DNA from: an uncultured Nitrosopumilaceae archaeon
GTDB lineage: Archaea; Thermoproteota; Nitrososphaeria; Nitrososphaerales; Nitrosopumilaceae
Length of the DNA: 43,049 bases
Reading direction: 5' to 3'
Assembly (NCBI GenBank): GCA_964597385.1
Contig: CAZQXU010000001.1
Location: forward strand, 8,928 to 51,976
Positions 1 through 9,178 of the stretch are shown here, piece after piece; the stretch's first letter is position 1, and each line of letters opens with the position of its first letter. The position numbers and the translations under genes were made by a program. The notes beneath the pieces were generated by a model that saw only the letters and a list, made by a program, of their open reading frames with translations, searched no databases and was not told the origin of the DNA.

Positions 1-99
1 TATTTTATTTTCTTGAAATACAAGAGTAATTCCACCATCTGAATCAGGATCTTCAACCTTTACTAATTCAATCATTTTAATTTGTTCGAATTTATCCAT
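1..99 (-). CDS. Small hypothetical protein, N-terminal part (runs off the window edge); paralog of 110..262
   Basis: Hand translation MDKFEQIKMIELVKVEDPDSDGGITLVFQENKI...; GGTGA SD-like motif just upstream; not in ORF track. Confidence 0.7.
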   Translation of the reverse strand, partial: MDKFEQIKMIELVKVEDPDSDGGITLVFQENKI

Positions 100-109
100 T
101 CATTTTCAC

Positions 110-262
110 CTATTCTGGAATTGATACAGCATCTATTTTTCCGTCCACGACTTTAATGAACAAAAATCTGTTATCTTTAAAGATAAAGGTGATGCCTCCT
201 TCTTTGTCTGGTTCTTCAACTTCAAGTATTGGTTGTCCTAACAGACCATCATATTTTGCCAT
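110..262 (-). CDS. 50-aa hypothetical protein
   Basis: Hand translation MAKYDGLLGQPILEVEEPDKEGGITFIFKDNRFLFIKVVDGKIDAVSIPE*; fills the gap downstream of 293..829 and resembles the next ORF. Confidence 0.75.
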   Translation of the reverse strand: MAKYDGLLGQPILEVEEPDKEGGITFIFKDNRFLFIKVVDGKIDAVSIPE

Positions 263-292
263 AATAATTGACTCAAAAAGTTCCTTATATCC

Positions 293-829
293 CTAATTGA
301 TTATGATCTCAATTTCCTTAGAATTGCTTTTAACATTTCCTGGTTCTGTATAGTCATGTTTTTGCCATGAGGCAAATACCTCAGCACCGATCTTATGCTT
401 GCCTTTTCCTAGCTCAGAAGCTTTAATGACAATTTTTTCATTAAAATCAAACAACTCTTGTCTGACTTCCTCTTCCGATAATCGAATAAACGGCTCAAAA
501 TTTTTGGCTACTTGAACCCATATCCTTCTGTCTTTATGAGGATTAACCAATTTTGGATTTCGTGTCCAAAATATTGCTGCTTTTCTATAAGTGTCAATAG
601 TTTTACCAACTTCCTTTTTCCTAAATCCTCCAGAAGTCAGTTTTATACCGTATTTCATCTTAAAAGATACGTCATTGTTGTTATACGCTTTAGTCCAATT
701 TGCCTCATTGAAGGCATCTCTTATGCCCCCATCTACTTTAAAACTGACATTTACTTCAATACTGTCGTTTAATGCGTATTCATCCTTGGTTTTTACTATG
801 CCGATATCTGAAATCTTACTTTCTGTCAT
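293..829 (-). CDS. Hypothetical protein
   Basis: 178-aa ORF with normal composition and no recognisable motif. Confidence 0.8.
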   Translation of the reverse strand: MTESKISDIGIVKTKDEYALNDSIEVNVSFKVDGGIRDAFNEANWTKAYNNNDVSFKMKYGIKLTSGGFRKKEVGKTIDTYRKAAIFWTRNPKLVNPHKDRRIWVQVAKNFEPFIRLSEEEVRQELFDFNEKIVIKASELGKGKHKIGAEVFASWQKHDYTEPGNVKSNSKEIEIIIN

Positions 830-880
830 TCTGTCCGCTCATAATGATTTATATCCACAATAAGTGCTTTTTCCGAATAC

Positions 881-1159
881 ATGAATGCTCAAGTAATCAG
901 TTCAGAACCTAAGGAAATTAGCCTTTCTATTACGGAAACTGATATAGGAATTTTGTACATAATTCAACATGAGCTTTTAAAGGAATCAAATATTGATTTT
1001 GCAGGCGTTATTGTGAAACATCCTCTTACTAATGAGTGCTGGATGAGAATAAACTCAAACACAAAACCTTTGCAAGAAATCAAAAAAGCAACAGATTCAG
1101 CAATAAAAATGGCTAATGAATTTAAACAATTATTTAATTCTAAAATTAAGGTAAATTAG
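881..1159 (+). CDS. rpoL: DNA-directed RNA polymerase subunit L (Rpo11)
   Basis: 92 aa, FAG...HPL motif, immediately upstream of tfs (conserved rpoL-tfs-pcn order). Confidence 0.85.
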   Translation: MNAQVISSEPKEISLSITETDIGILYIIQHELLKESNIDFAGVIVKHPLTNECWMRINSNTKPLQEIKKATDSAIKMANEFKQLFNSKIKVN

Positions 1160-1471
1160 ATGAAATTTTGCCCCAAATGTGAGGTCAAATTAAAAAAAGG
1201 TGATTCTGGTCTCCAATGTCCAAAATGTAATTATGTTGAAGGAAATGAAACTATGCAAACAAAAACTGTAATTGAAGAAGGGGAATCACAATTCAACGTA
1301 TTAGCAGAAAATGAAGGAACTGAAACATTACCTACGATAAAAATTGAATGTGAAAAATGTGGTAACGATGAAGCAGTTTGGTGGATGTTACAAACTAGAA
1401 GTGCTGATGAACCTACAACTCAATTCTATAGATGTTCTAAATGTAGATACACTTGGCGTAATTACGCATAA
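1160..1471 (+). CDS. tfs: Transcription factor S (TFS)
   Basis: Two Zn ribbons, MKFCPKC and QTRSADEPTTQFYRC with the acidic DE pair. Confidence 0.95.
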   Translation: MKFCPKCEVKLKKGDSGLQCPKCNYVEGNETMQTKTVIEEGESQFNVLAENEGTETLPTIKIECEKCGNDEAVWWMLQTRSADEPTTQFYRCSKCRYTWRNYA

Positions 1472-1506
1472 CGTTTAACTGGAACATTAAACCCAAAAGA
1501 TTTAGT

Positions 1507-2253
1507 TTGACTTTCGAAGCAAAAACAAGTGGTTCAGATGATCTCAAAGCAATCATCTCAGCAATATCTACACTTGTAGAAGAAGCTACTTTTGTTGCAA
1601 CAGCTGAAGGAATTACTTTTAGGGGAATGGATCCATCTCATGTAGCTTTAATAGATATTTCTTGGCCTAATTCTGCATTTGAAAAATATGAATGTGATAG
1701 TGATATAAAATTTGGAGTTAGAATAGATGAATTTTCTAAATTAATTAAAAGAGCAGATAAAAAAGATAGTATTGAAATTAGTATTTCTGAACAAAACATG
1801 TTACTTGTAACAGTTGGTAAAAATAAAAAATACAAAATGCGATTAATTGAAAGCTCTGCAACTGATACTCCTTTACCAAAAATTCCATATGATTCTAAAA
1901 TTACTTTATCATCTTCTAGATTTGATAAGATTTTAGGGGATGTCCAAGTCGTATCTGATTATCTAACTATTCATACATCTGATTCAAAAGCTGATTTTTC
2001 AGGAAAAGGTGATTCAGGTGAAGTTGTAATTGATCTAGAGAAAGATACAGATGAAATTGGTGAAATCTCTTCAAAAGAAGATAGTATTGGTACCTACAGC
2101 CTCGAATATCTTAATCCTGTAGTTAAAGCAGTAGGTACTACCGCAGGTCAAATTACATGTGAATTTTCTAGTGCAAAACCTCTAAGAATTGAATTCAAAG
2201 TAGCAAACATAGGCAGAATCCACTTTTATTTGGCTCCACGAGTAGAAAGTTAA
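1507..2253 (+). CDS. pcn: PCNA DNA sliding clamp
   Basis: MDPSHVAL, GTYSLEYL and C-terminal FYLAPR motifs; TTG start. Confidence 0.97.
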   Translation: MTFEAKTSGSDDLKAIISAISTLVEEATFVATAEGITFRGMDPSHVALIDISWPNSAFEKYECDSDIKFGVRIDEFSKLIKRADKKDSIEISISEQNMLLVTVGKNKKYKMRLIESSATDTPLPKIPYDSKITLSSSRFDKILGDVQVVSDYLTIHTSDSKADFSGKGDSGEVVIDLEKDTDEIGEISSKEDSIGTYSLEYLNPVVKAVGTTAGQITCEFSSAKPLRIEFKVANIGRIHFYLAPRVES

Positions 2254-2288
2254 AGCATTTAAAGATTAACTGATTCAGGTACTTTGAA

Positions 2289-3692
2289 TTGAGACTTGTA
2301 ATAAAATACGGTGGAACATCAATTTCATCAGCAAAAGATATTCAAACTGTAGCAAATTATGTTAATACATTATCCAAACATAATGAAATAGTAATAGTCT
2401 GCTCGGCAACTAGCGGTACCACTGATGATTTAATTGAAATATCTCAATCTATAAAAAATGAGAATAAAAACAAAGCCATACAACTAGCATCAAAAATTAT
2501 CAATAGACATAAACAACTTGCAAAACAGACAATAAAAAAATCTACAATCAGAAAAAAACTATTAGAAAAATTAGATGTAGATTTTAAAGAACTTGTTGCA
2601 TTAATTGAAGGAATGGTATTGTTGGGAGAAGTTACTGCCAGATCTATGGATTATTTGATATCATTTGGAGAACGCCTTTCAATAAAATTAATCTCGTTTG
2701 CAATTAGCGATTTGAATAAAAAATCAATATCCCTAACAGGTAAAGAAGTTGGAATTGTCACAGATTCTAATTTTGGTGAATCTATCCCGTTAATGGATAC
2801 TACAAGATTAAGAGTTTCAAAAACAATCGATCAACAATTTGCCAAGAAAACAATCCCAGTAATAGGAGGTTTTACAGGAGCCGATCAACATGGACACATA
2901 ACTACATTTGGTAGAGGTGGTTCAGATTATACAGCTACAATAATCGGTACATGCATCAAAGCTGATGAAATATGGTTAATGAGTGATATAGATGGATTAA
3001 TGACTGCAGATCCAAAAATAGTAAAAAATGCAAAATTACTCAAAGAGGTTTCTTATGTCGAAGCAATTGAAATGGCATTATTTGGAGCTAAACAAATTCA
3101 TCCACGCACATTTGAGCCATTATTGACAAAAAAAATTCCAATGAAGATTCGAAATTCCTTTAATATAAAAAACGAAGGAACACTTGTAACTGATTCACCT
3201 TCAATTTCTACAAAAAATACTGTAAAATGTGTGAGCAGCATTCGTCATAATGGATTAATCGATATACGTGGAGGTAGTATGGTTGGTAATCCTGGAACTG
3301 CTGCAAAAATCTTTTCAACACTCGCTAAAGCTGGTATTAATGTAATGATGATATCTCAAAATCCCTCAGAATCTAGCATCACTATAGTAGTCAAGAATAC
3401 TGATTTAGATAAAGCAGTTAATGCATTAGAAATGGAACTTTTAGGAAAAATAATTAAAAAACTAGAAGTAACTACCGATGTTGCAATTATTGCACTGATT
3501 GGTTTAGGTATGCGAGGAACTGTAGGTGTTGCATCTAAAGTCTTTGGAGCAATCCAAAAAAATAATGTAAACGTAGCAATGATTACTCAAGGTTCGTCAG
3601 AACTAAATCTTGCATTTGTTGTCAAAAATTCTGATACTAACGTGGCAGTTCAGGCTTTACATGATGCATTTGAACTGGATAAAATTAACTAG
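2289..3692 (+). CDS. lysC: Aspartate kinase
   Basis: KYGGTS, GRGGSDYTA, MTADP motifs and C-terminal ACT domains. Confidence 0.95.
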   Translation: MRLVIKYGGTSISSAKDIQTVANYVNTLSKHNEIVIVCSATSGTTDDLIEISQSIKNENKNKAIQLASKIINRHKQLAKQTIKKSTIRKKLLEKLDVDFKELVALIEGMVLLGEVTARSMDYLISFGERLSIKLISFAISDLNKKSISLTGKEVGIVTDSNFGESIPLMDTTRLRVSKTIDQQFAKKTIPVIGGFTGADQHGHITTFGRGGSDYTATIIGTCIKADEIWLMSDIDGLMTADPKIVKNAKLLKEVSYVEAIEMALFGAKQIHPRTFEPLLTKKIPMKIRNSFNIKNEGTLVTDSPSISTKNTVKCVSSIRHNGLIDIRGGSMVGNPGTAAKIFSTLAKAGINVMMISQNPSESSITIVVKNTDLDKAVNALEMELLGKIIKKLEVTTDVAIIALIGLGMRGTVGVASKVFGAIQKNNVNVAMITQGSSELNLAFVVKNSDTNVAVQALHDAFELDKIN

Positions 3693-3723
3693 AGATAAAA
3701 TCATTTAAGGGGAACAACTTCAA

Positions 3724-5193
3724 ATGATTTCGTTGAATAGATTTGTAATTATCTTAATTGTAGGAATTTTTGTTTCAGGGATTCTTACAATTTCCTTTAT
3801 CTCTAACAGCTATGTTGATGCAAATTCTACTAAAAAAATTAATTTTACTAAAACTATCATTTCATCACAAGATCCAGGTCAAGGACATGAAAATCATCAA
3901 CTATCATTAATCTTATCGCCAAATGAAGGAACTCTTTATGATGGTTCTATGACATTTACATCAAATGAACCTGTAGATGTTGTTGTTTTACACGAAATTA
4001 CTGATAATGATGTCAAAGGCCAACCAACTTGGACTATTGATGGGAAAACAATCTACGCAATGTCATTAATAGATCTTAAATCAAAATCAGACTCATTTGA
4101 ATTTACTGGAGCTGCTTTGGCATTACACTCTTCTAATTCTAAAGAATTTACTGCAACTGTAAGTGTTGATGGTTGGATTAGAGGTCAACCAACCGAAGTA
4201 ATCATGCAAAAAATACAAGTTGAAAAAGATCCATCATTAATGTTATCTAGAGCAAATGTAGAGGCAACTATACCAATGCATGAAGGACTTTACAAAGGTA
4301 ATTCTATTTTTTATATTATAACAGATACTAGTAGAGAAGAATATTCTAAAAAAATTACTGAAAAACAAGATTGGAAAGTACAGACTTCCCCTTTAATTGA
4401 AAAAATGCCTGAAGAAATTCTACAAAAAATATTCATTTTTAATAATGGTGTTAGAGGTCAAGGAATTTATGGACATCAAAAAGAAATTTTTTCAAGTACT
4501 CCAGTTCAAGAATCAAAATATAGTGCACTAAATTCAGTTATTGAGGTTTCATGGAAAAAAGGTCAAAATGCTAAAGTTCTTGAATCTTTTGAAGATGTAA
4601 TTGATGCTGAAAAAAATGGAAGAATTGAATTTACTAAAACTGGAGTAGTCATTAATTCTCCTCAAATAATTTGGCCTAATGGACAAATGTTAGTAAGAAA
4701 TGATACCAAAATTACTGATGATTTAACGTTTAGTGGAGGTCAAATTACTAAAATTAACAAAGATGAGATGACTGTAACATTTGTTGCTCATCGTATGTGG
4801 GGTCCAGATGGTAAAACAATCTATTCTATTGTAACTGATGCAACACCCTCTAATCCATCAGAAATAATGGGAATTCCGTTTTCTCCTGTATATGACAATC
4901 TAATTACAAATTCTTCTGCAGCTGATCTGTTTCAATTTCAAAACGGCATTAAAGGCTCAGGCTCTTTAGGATACCAACCAGGAATTACAAGTGTAAATTC
5001 TGATCAGGAAAATTATAGTCCTATATGGCGTATCTATAATGTTGAATGGCACAATCCTAAAGATGCAAAAATACTTCAAACCATGTCTGATATTGATTCT
5101 TTCAAAGCAAAAGACCTCATTTCAGTAAGTTTAGCTCGTCCCATGAATAGCCATCATATCATAAATGGCCCACTCATAGATCCATTCCAATAA
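3724..5193 (+). CDS. Exported/membrane-anchored protein with two internally repeated domains
   Basis: N-terminal hydrophobic helix; repeated YxxTD...NGxxGxGxxGxQ...YS...INxP module. Confidence 0.8.
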   Translation: MISLNRFVIILIVGIFVSGILTISFISNSYVDANSTKKINFTKTIISSQDPGQGHENHQLSLILSPNEGTLYDGSMTFTSNEPVDVVVLHEITDNDVKGQPTWTIDGKTIYAMSLIDLKSKSDSFEFTGAALALHSSNSKEFTATVSVDGWIRGQPTEVIMQKIQVEKDPSLMLSRANVEATIPMHEGLYKGNSIFYIITDTSREEYSKKITEKQDWKVQTSPLIEKMPEEILQKIFIFNNGVRGQGIYGHQKEIFSSTPVQESKYSALNSVIEVSWKKGQNAKVLESFEDVIDAEKNGRIEFTKTGVVINSPQIIWPNGQMLVRNDTKITDDLTFSGGQITKINKDEMTVTFVAHRMWGPDGKTIYSIVTDATPSNPSEIMGIPFSPVYDNLITNSSAADLFQFQNGIKGSGSLGYQPGITSVNSDQENYSPIWRIYNVEWHNPKDAKILQTMSDIDSFKAKDLISVSLARPMNSHHIINGPLIDPFQ

Positions 5194-5244
5194 AAATAAA
5201 ATCACTAAACGGATAAATTACTTGAAAGGAAATTTAATGTTAAA

Positions 5245-6042
5245 TTGACTGGTAAACTCTACATCGTCGGCGTTGGTCCTGGACATCATGATCATATGAC
5301 ATTTCGTGCTAAAGAAGTGATTGAAGAAAGTGATACAATTGTTGGATATGAAACATATGTTAACCTAGTACAAGATCTTATTGAAGGAAAAACAGTTCAT
5401 CGTTATGCCATGACTCAAGAAGTTGAACGTGCTCATCAATGTATTGATCTGGCAAAATCTGGAAAAATAGTTTCACTTGTTTCAAGTGGTGATCCTGGAA
5501 TTTATGGAATGGCCGGATTAATTTATGAAACACTTGCAGCAACAAATTGGAATCCTAAAGATGGTCTGCAAGTAGAAATAGTCCCTGGCGTTTCTGCGTT
5601 GAACTCATGTGCATCAATTATTGGCTCGCCACTTATGACTGATTTTGCAGTTGTAAGTATGAGTGATTTACTGGTACCATGGGAAATAATAACTAAAAGA
5701 GTTGAAGCCGCCGCACAAGGTGATTTTGTAATTGTAATTTATAATCCAGCAAGTAAAAAAAGAATACATCAACTAGTAGATACAAGAAAAATTCTATTGA
5801 GATATAGAAAACCAACAACACCTGTTGCAATAATTAAAGGTGCATTTAGAGAGTCACAAACTATTGTAATGACTGATTTAGAAAACCTTCCAAACCATTC
5901 TGATCAACTGGGAATGATAAGTACGGTGATTATCGGAAATTCATCTACTTATACTTACAAAGATTTGATGATTAATCCAAGAGGATACAAATCAAAATAT
6001 AACCTAGAAGAACAAACTAATCCCAATCTTAAAATTCAATAA
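5245..6042 (+). CDS. cbiH: Precorrin-3B C17-methyltransferase
   Basis: VGVGPG, SSGDPGIYGMAG, SMSDLLVPW, YNPAS and INPRGY motifs. Confidence 0.95.
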   Translation: MTGKLYIVGVGPGHHDHMTFRAKEVIEESDTIVGYETYVNLVQDLIEGKTVHRYAMTQEVERAHQCIDLAKSGKIVSLVSSGDPGIYGMAGLIYETLAATNWNPKDGLQVEIVPGVSALNSCASIIGSPLMTDFAVVSMSDLLVPWEIITKRVEAAAQGDFVIVIYNPASKKRIHQLVDTRKILLRYRKPTTPVAIIKGAFRESQTIVMTDLENLPNHSDQLGMISTVIIGNSSTYTYKDLMINPRGYKSKYNLEEQTNPNLKIQ

Positions 6043-7076
6043 TTTTTCTTAATTGCGTTAAACAACTCTTCACTAAGATTTAGTTTTTCACGTATTGGTG
6101 AAATCACTTTAACTAGATATTCTCCCACCGTTTGTTTTAGATCGGTTGGATGTAATTTTTTTTCTGCAAAATCAGATTCTAATTGATTATAATTTGTATA
6201 TGTGATGTTTCCACCAAATTTTTCTGGTCTTTCTATGTTAATTTCATTAAATTCATGGAAAATTACATTTTTTGAAATTTCTAATAATGGGTTATTCTGA
6301 ATATTTGCTTCTTCACACCATGCTTTTTTGATCTTTGTTCGAATTTCATCATCTGAATTATGAATGAAAACTCCTGAATTTGGATCTGACTTACTCATCT
6401 TTGTTGATTCTCCATTTGCATTTGCTGGTTTTGTTAAACCTGGTAACAGCTTATGATGAACAGCAACTGGAACTTTCCATCCCATTTTAGGAAAAATCTC
6501 TCTCACAAGCATGTGTATCTTTCTTTGATCCATTCCTGCATGAGCAATATCTACACCTAAAGAATGAATATCAACAGCCTGCATTGCAGGATAAAGTAAC
6601 TTAGCTACATCTATTTTTGTATCATCTTCTGCGCGTCCCATAATTGTAAGGGTTCTCATAGTTCTGGCAATTGACATATGTTTTGTAAATTTAACAAGAT
6701 TAGCCCAATACTCTGTTTTTTCTTCATACAATTTTGATCCTAAAACAATTTCAACATTTGGACAAACTAACTTGAATGCATCTTGGTAGTATTTTGAAAC
6801 TTCTGCAATGGTTTCCCAATTTCCACCCAACTTATCATTAATTATAGTGTGCCAATCTGCAAGAAAAACTGTGCATTTAACACCAGCTTTTACAAAATCA
6901 TTAATTTTGAAACCTGTACTAATTAAGCTACCAAGATGTAAAAATCCAGAAATCTCTAAACCAATGTAATGCTTTGGAGATGAATTTATTTTGAATAATT
7001 CTAATAACTCTTCATGTGTAACAATCTCTTCAGTGGGAGGCCTTTCAATTAATTCAATTTTTTCAATGATATCCAA
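6036..7076 (-). CDS. tyrS: Tyrosine--tRNA ligase
   Basis: YIGLEISG, HLGS (HIGH), YPAMQAVDI, GMDQRKIH and KMSKS motifs. Confidence 0.96.
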   Translation of the reverse strand: MDIIEKIELIERPPTEEIVTHEELLELFKINSSPKHYIGLEISGFLHLGSLISTGFKINDFVKAGVKCTVFLADWHTIINDKLGGNWETIAEVSKYYQDAFKLVCPNVEIVLGSKLYEEKTEYWANLVKFTKHMSIARTMRTLTIMGRAEDDTKIDVAKLLYPAMQAVDIHSLGVDIAHAGMDQRKIHMLVREIFPKMGWKVPVAVHHKLLPGLTKPANANGESTKMSKSDPNSGVFIHNSDDEIRTKIKKAWCEEANIQNNPLLEISKNVIFHEFNEINIERPEKFGGNITYTNYNQLESDFAEKKLHPTDLKQTVGEYLVKVISPIREKLNLSEELFNAIKKNY

Positions 7077-7174
7077 ATCAAAACAACTTCTGAGATGTAG
7101 GTCTATAAAGTTATTTGAAATATGATTTAGTTCATATTTGCAATATCTGAATTATTAAATGATTTATCAATATT

Positions 7175-7378
7175 ATGACACTCGAAGAAGGACTAGAACT
7201 AATTGAAAACTACAAAAAAGGATTACAAAAATTCTTAGATGTACTACCTGAGCAAGCAGTTCAATTAGGCTCTGAAATGATAAAAACATTAACAATAAAT
7301 TCAAAAAATGAAATTGCAAATTTAGAAGCAATAGAAAAAGCATTAAAACGCACACCTAAATCAGGATTATCTAAATGA
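7175..7378 (+). CDS. Small helical hypothetical protein
   Basis: 67-aa ORF with amphipathic helical pattern. Confidence 0.7.
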   Translation: MTLEEGLELIENYKKGLQKFLDVLPEQAVQLGSEMIKTLTINSKNEIANLEAIEKALKRTPKSGLSK

Positions 7379-7432
7379 TTGAGTTTTTTTATTATTTAGA
7401 GATATGTCAAACATAGGAATTGAATAATAATT

Positions 7433-7783
7433 ATGACTGAAGATAAATGGCATAGAAATGAACACAGAATTATTTCAATAATAGAAAAATTTACAACTTA
7501 TAAAAATTGGATTTCTTTTATGCATTTATCAATAGAAGCAAAAATTGATCATCAAACGCTAACTAATCATATTGATTTGTTAATTAAAAGAGGTACAATA
7601 GTAGAATATAGAGGAAAAAATAAATCAAGATTATTTTGTATTTCTGGACATAGTGATGATATAGAATATAATGAACAATTTCGAGATTTTACACAAAAAG
7701 ATCTACTAACTAAAGAAGAAGCAAATGAAAAACTTTCTAAACTATACAAATTAGGAACAGATAATCTATATCACAAATTTTAA
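7433..7783 (+). CDS. Putative winged helix-turn-helix protein
   Basis: SFMHLSIEAKIDHQTLTNHIDLLIKRGTIVE followed by beta-wing (SRLFCI). Confidence 0.6.
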   Translation: MTEDKWHRNEHRIISIIEKFTTYKNWISFMHLSIEAKIDHQTLTNHIDLLIKRGTIVEYRGKNKSRLFCISGHSDDIEYNEQFRDFTQKDLLTKEEANEKLSKLYKLGTDNLYHKF

Positions 7784-7812
7784 TCATTAATTAAATTTTT
7801 AAAAACAACACT

Positions 7813-7998
7813 TCACTTGCAATTTTTTTTATGTTTTCTTAGATCTTCTGAAGAATTAAATTCTGAACCACACGCTCTACATTTTTCCTTTTTCTTGTTG
7901 TGTGCAACTTCTTGATGTTTTTTTAATCTTTCAGGATCTGTTAGTACTGTTCCACATTTTTTACATTTTGTTTCATTAGAACTTCCAAACAATCCCAT
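7813..7998 (-). CDS. Double C2H2-type zinc finger protein (likely start ATG 7998)
   Basis: CKKC...LKKHQEVAH and CRAC...LRKHKKNC. Confidence 0.8.
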   Translation of the reverse strand: MGLFGSSNETKCKKCGTVLTDPERLKKHQEVAHNKKKEKCRACGSEFNSSEDLRKHKKNCK

Positions 7999-8132
7999 GT
8001 TTAGTATAGTATCATCTAGTAGAAAAACTAATTTCCCCTTCACAAGCCATTAAATTTTTAAAAATTTATAGAAAGCTAACAATTGTCAATTTACAAGATT
8101 CTCTTTTAGGGAATGCTTTCATAGGTGAAATT

Positions 8133-8522
8133 GTGAATAGGATTATGGTATCTAAACACTTTGAGGAACAATTTTATCAATTTTGTACTGAAAATAATAT
8201 CAAATGGGATGATAGGAAGAGAAGATGGAATAAACCATTTCATCCTAAAATTAAAAATATTTGGGTTAAATCTGAGAATGGTGACTTTTTAAATTCTATA
8301 CGTCCAAAGGAAAAAGGATACTATGATTCCAAATTTTTAGGGTGGGAATTGGGAGTTATTAAAAAAGAATATTGTTTCTGGTGTGGTAGAATTATTGAGG
8401 AAACAAGAAAAAATAATCCACGTTCAGAAACTGTAAAATTTTGTAATCAAATCCACAGAAAAGCATTTGGTAAAGTTAAAGCTGATCAAGAAAAGCTAGG
8501 AAAATTATTTGCATCTAAATAA
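8133..8522 (+). CDS. Hypothetical protein with CxxCG...KFCxxxH Zn-finger-like motif
   Basis: CFWCG...KFCNQIHR; GGTGA upstream of GTG start. Confidence 0.6.
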   Translation: MNRIMVSKHFEEQFYQFCTENNIKWDDRKRRWNKPFHPKIKNIWVKSENGDFLNSIRPKEKGYYDSKFLGWELGVIKKEYCFWCGRIIEETRKNNPRSETVKFCNQIHRKAFGKVKADQEKLGKLFASK

Positions 8523-8535
8523 AAATTATAATTCA

Positions 8536-9096
8536 CTACTCTAAAATTTTTCTTGGTTTAGTACTAAGATAAAATGCATGAGCACTAATTATGAATGCAG
8601 CAAGGAAAACCTTTGTTGCAAAAACCAAATTCCATGGTCTATTTTGATCTGGATATGCAATTGATAACATGTCTATGTTGGGAGCATTACCTTTAATCAT
8701 TCCTGCCGTGATCTCTGCATTTAAAACTGTAAAATTGTATAATACTTCATACAATGTAATAATTGCAAATCCTAACAACATAAGCTGAAGTAATGCCATT
8801 CTCCATCCAATGATTTTTTTTCCAGCAGTTCTTCTCCATCCTATTCTTGAAACACAATACCATCCAATAATTGTAGAAAAGAATATCCAAGTTGAAACCC
8901 TGGCAAAATTTTCAAATGGTATGAAAGTATTCTGAATTGCTTCTCCCATAACATATTTTCCATTTTCCATCCATTCTATCATAGTGATGTATACTCCAAA
9001 AACAAGACTTGAGACCATGATAAATCCACAAACATAGAAAATGTATAGAAAAACTTTGTACCCTGCATCTGATTTTTCAAGATGATGTTGACTCAT
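8536..9096 (-). CDS. Integral membrane protein (about 4 TM)
   Basis: Four hydrophobic segments. Confidence 0.8.
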   Translation of the reverse strand: MSQHHLEKSDAGYKVFLYIFYVCGFIMVSSLVFGVYITMIEWMENGKYVMGEAIQNTFIPFENFARVSTWIFFSTIIGWYCVSRIGWRRTAGKKIIGWRMALLQLMLLGFAIITLYEVLYNFTVLNAEITAGMIKGNAPNIDMLSIAYPDQNRPWNLVFATKVFLAAFIISAHAFYLSTKPRKILE

Positions 9097-9178
9097 TATG
9101 CGAATTTCCTAATTTTGAAATATAAAAATTCATGCCTATTTCATGAGATTTATAGACTAGTTTTAAGGAGATTCCTTA

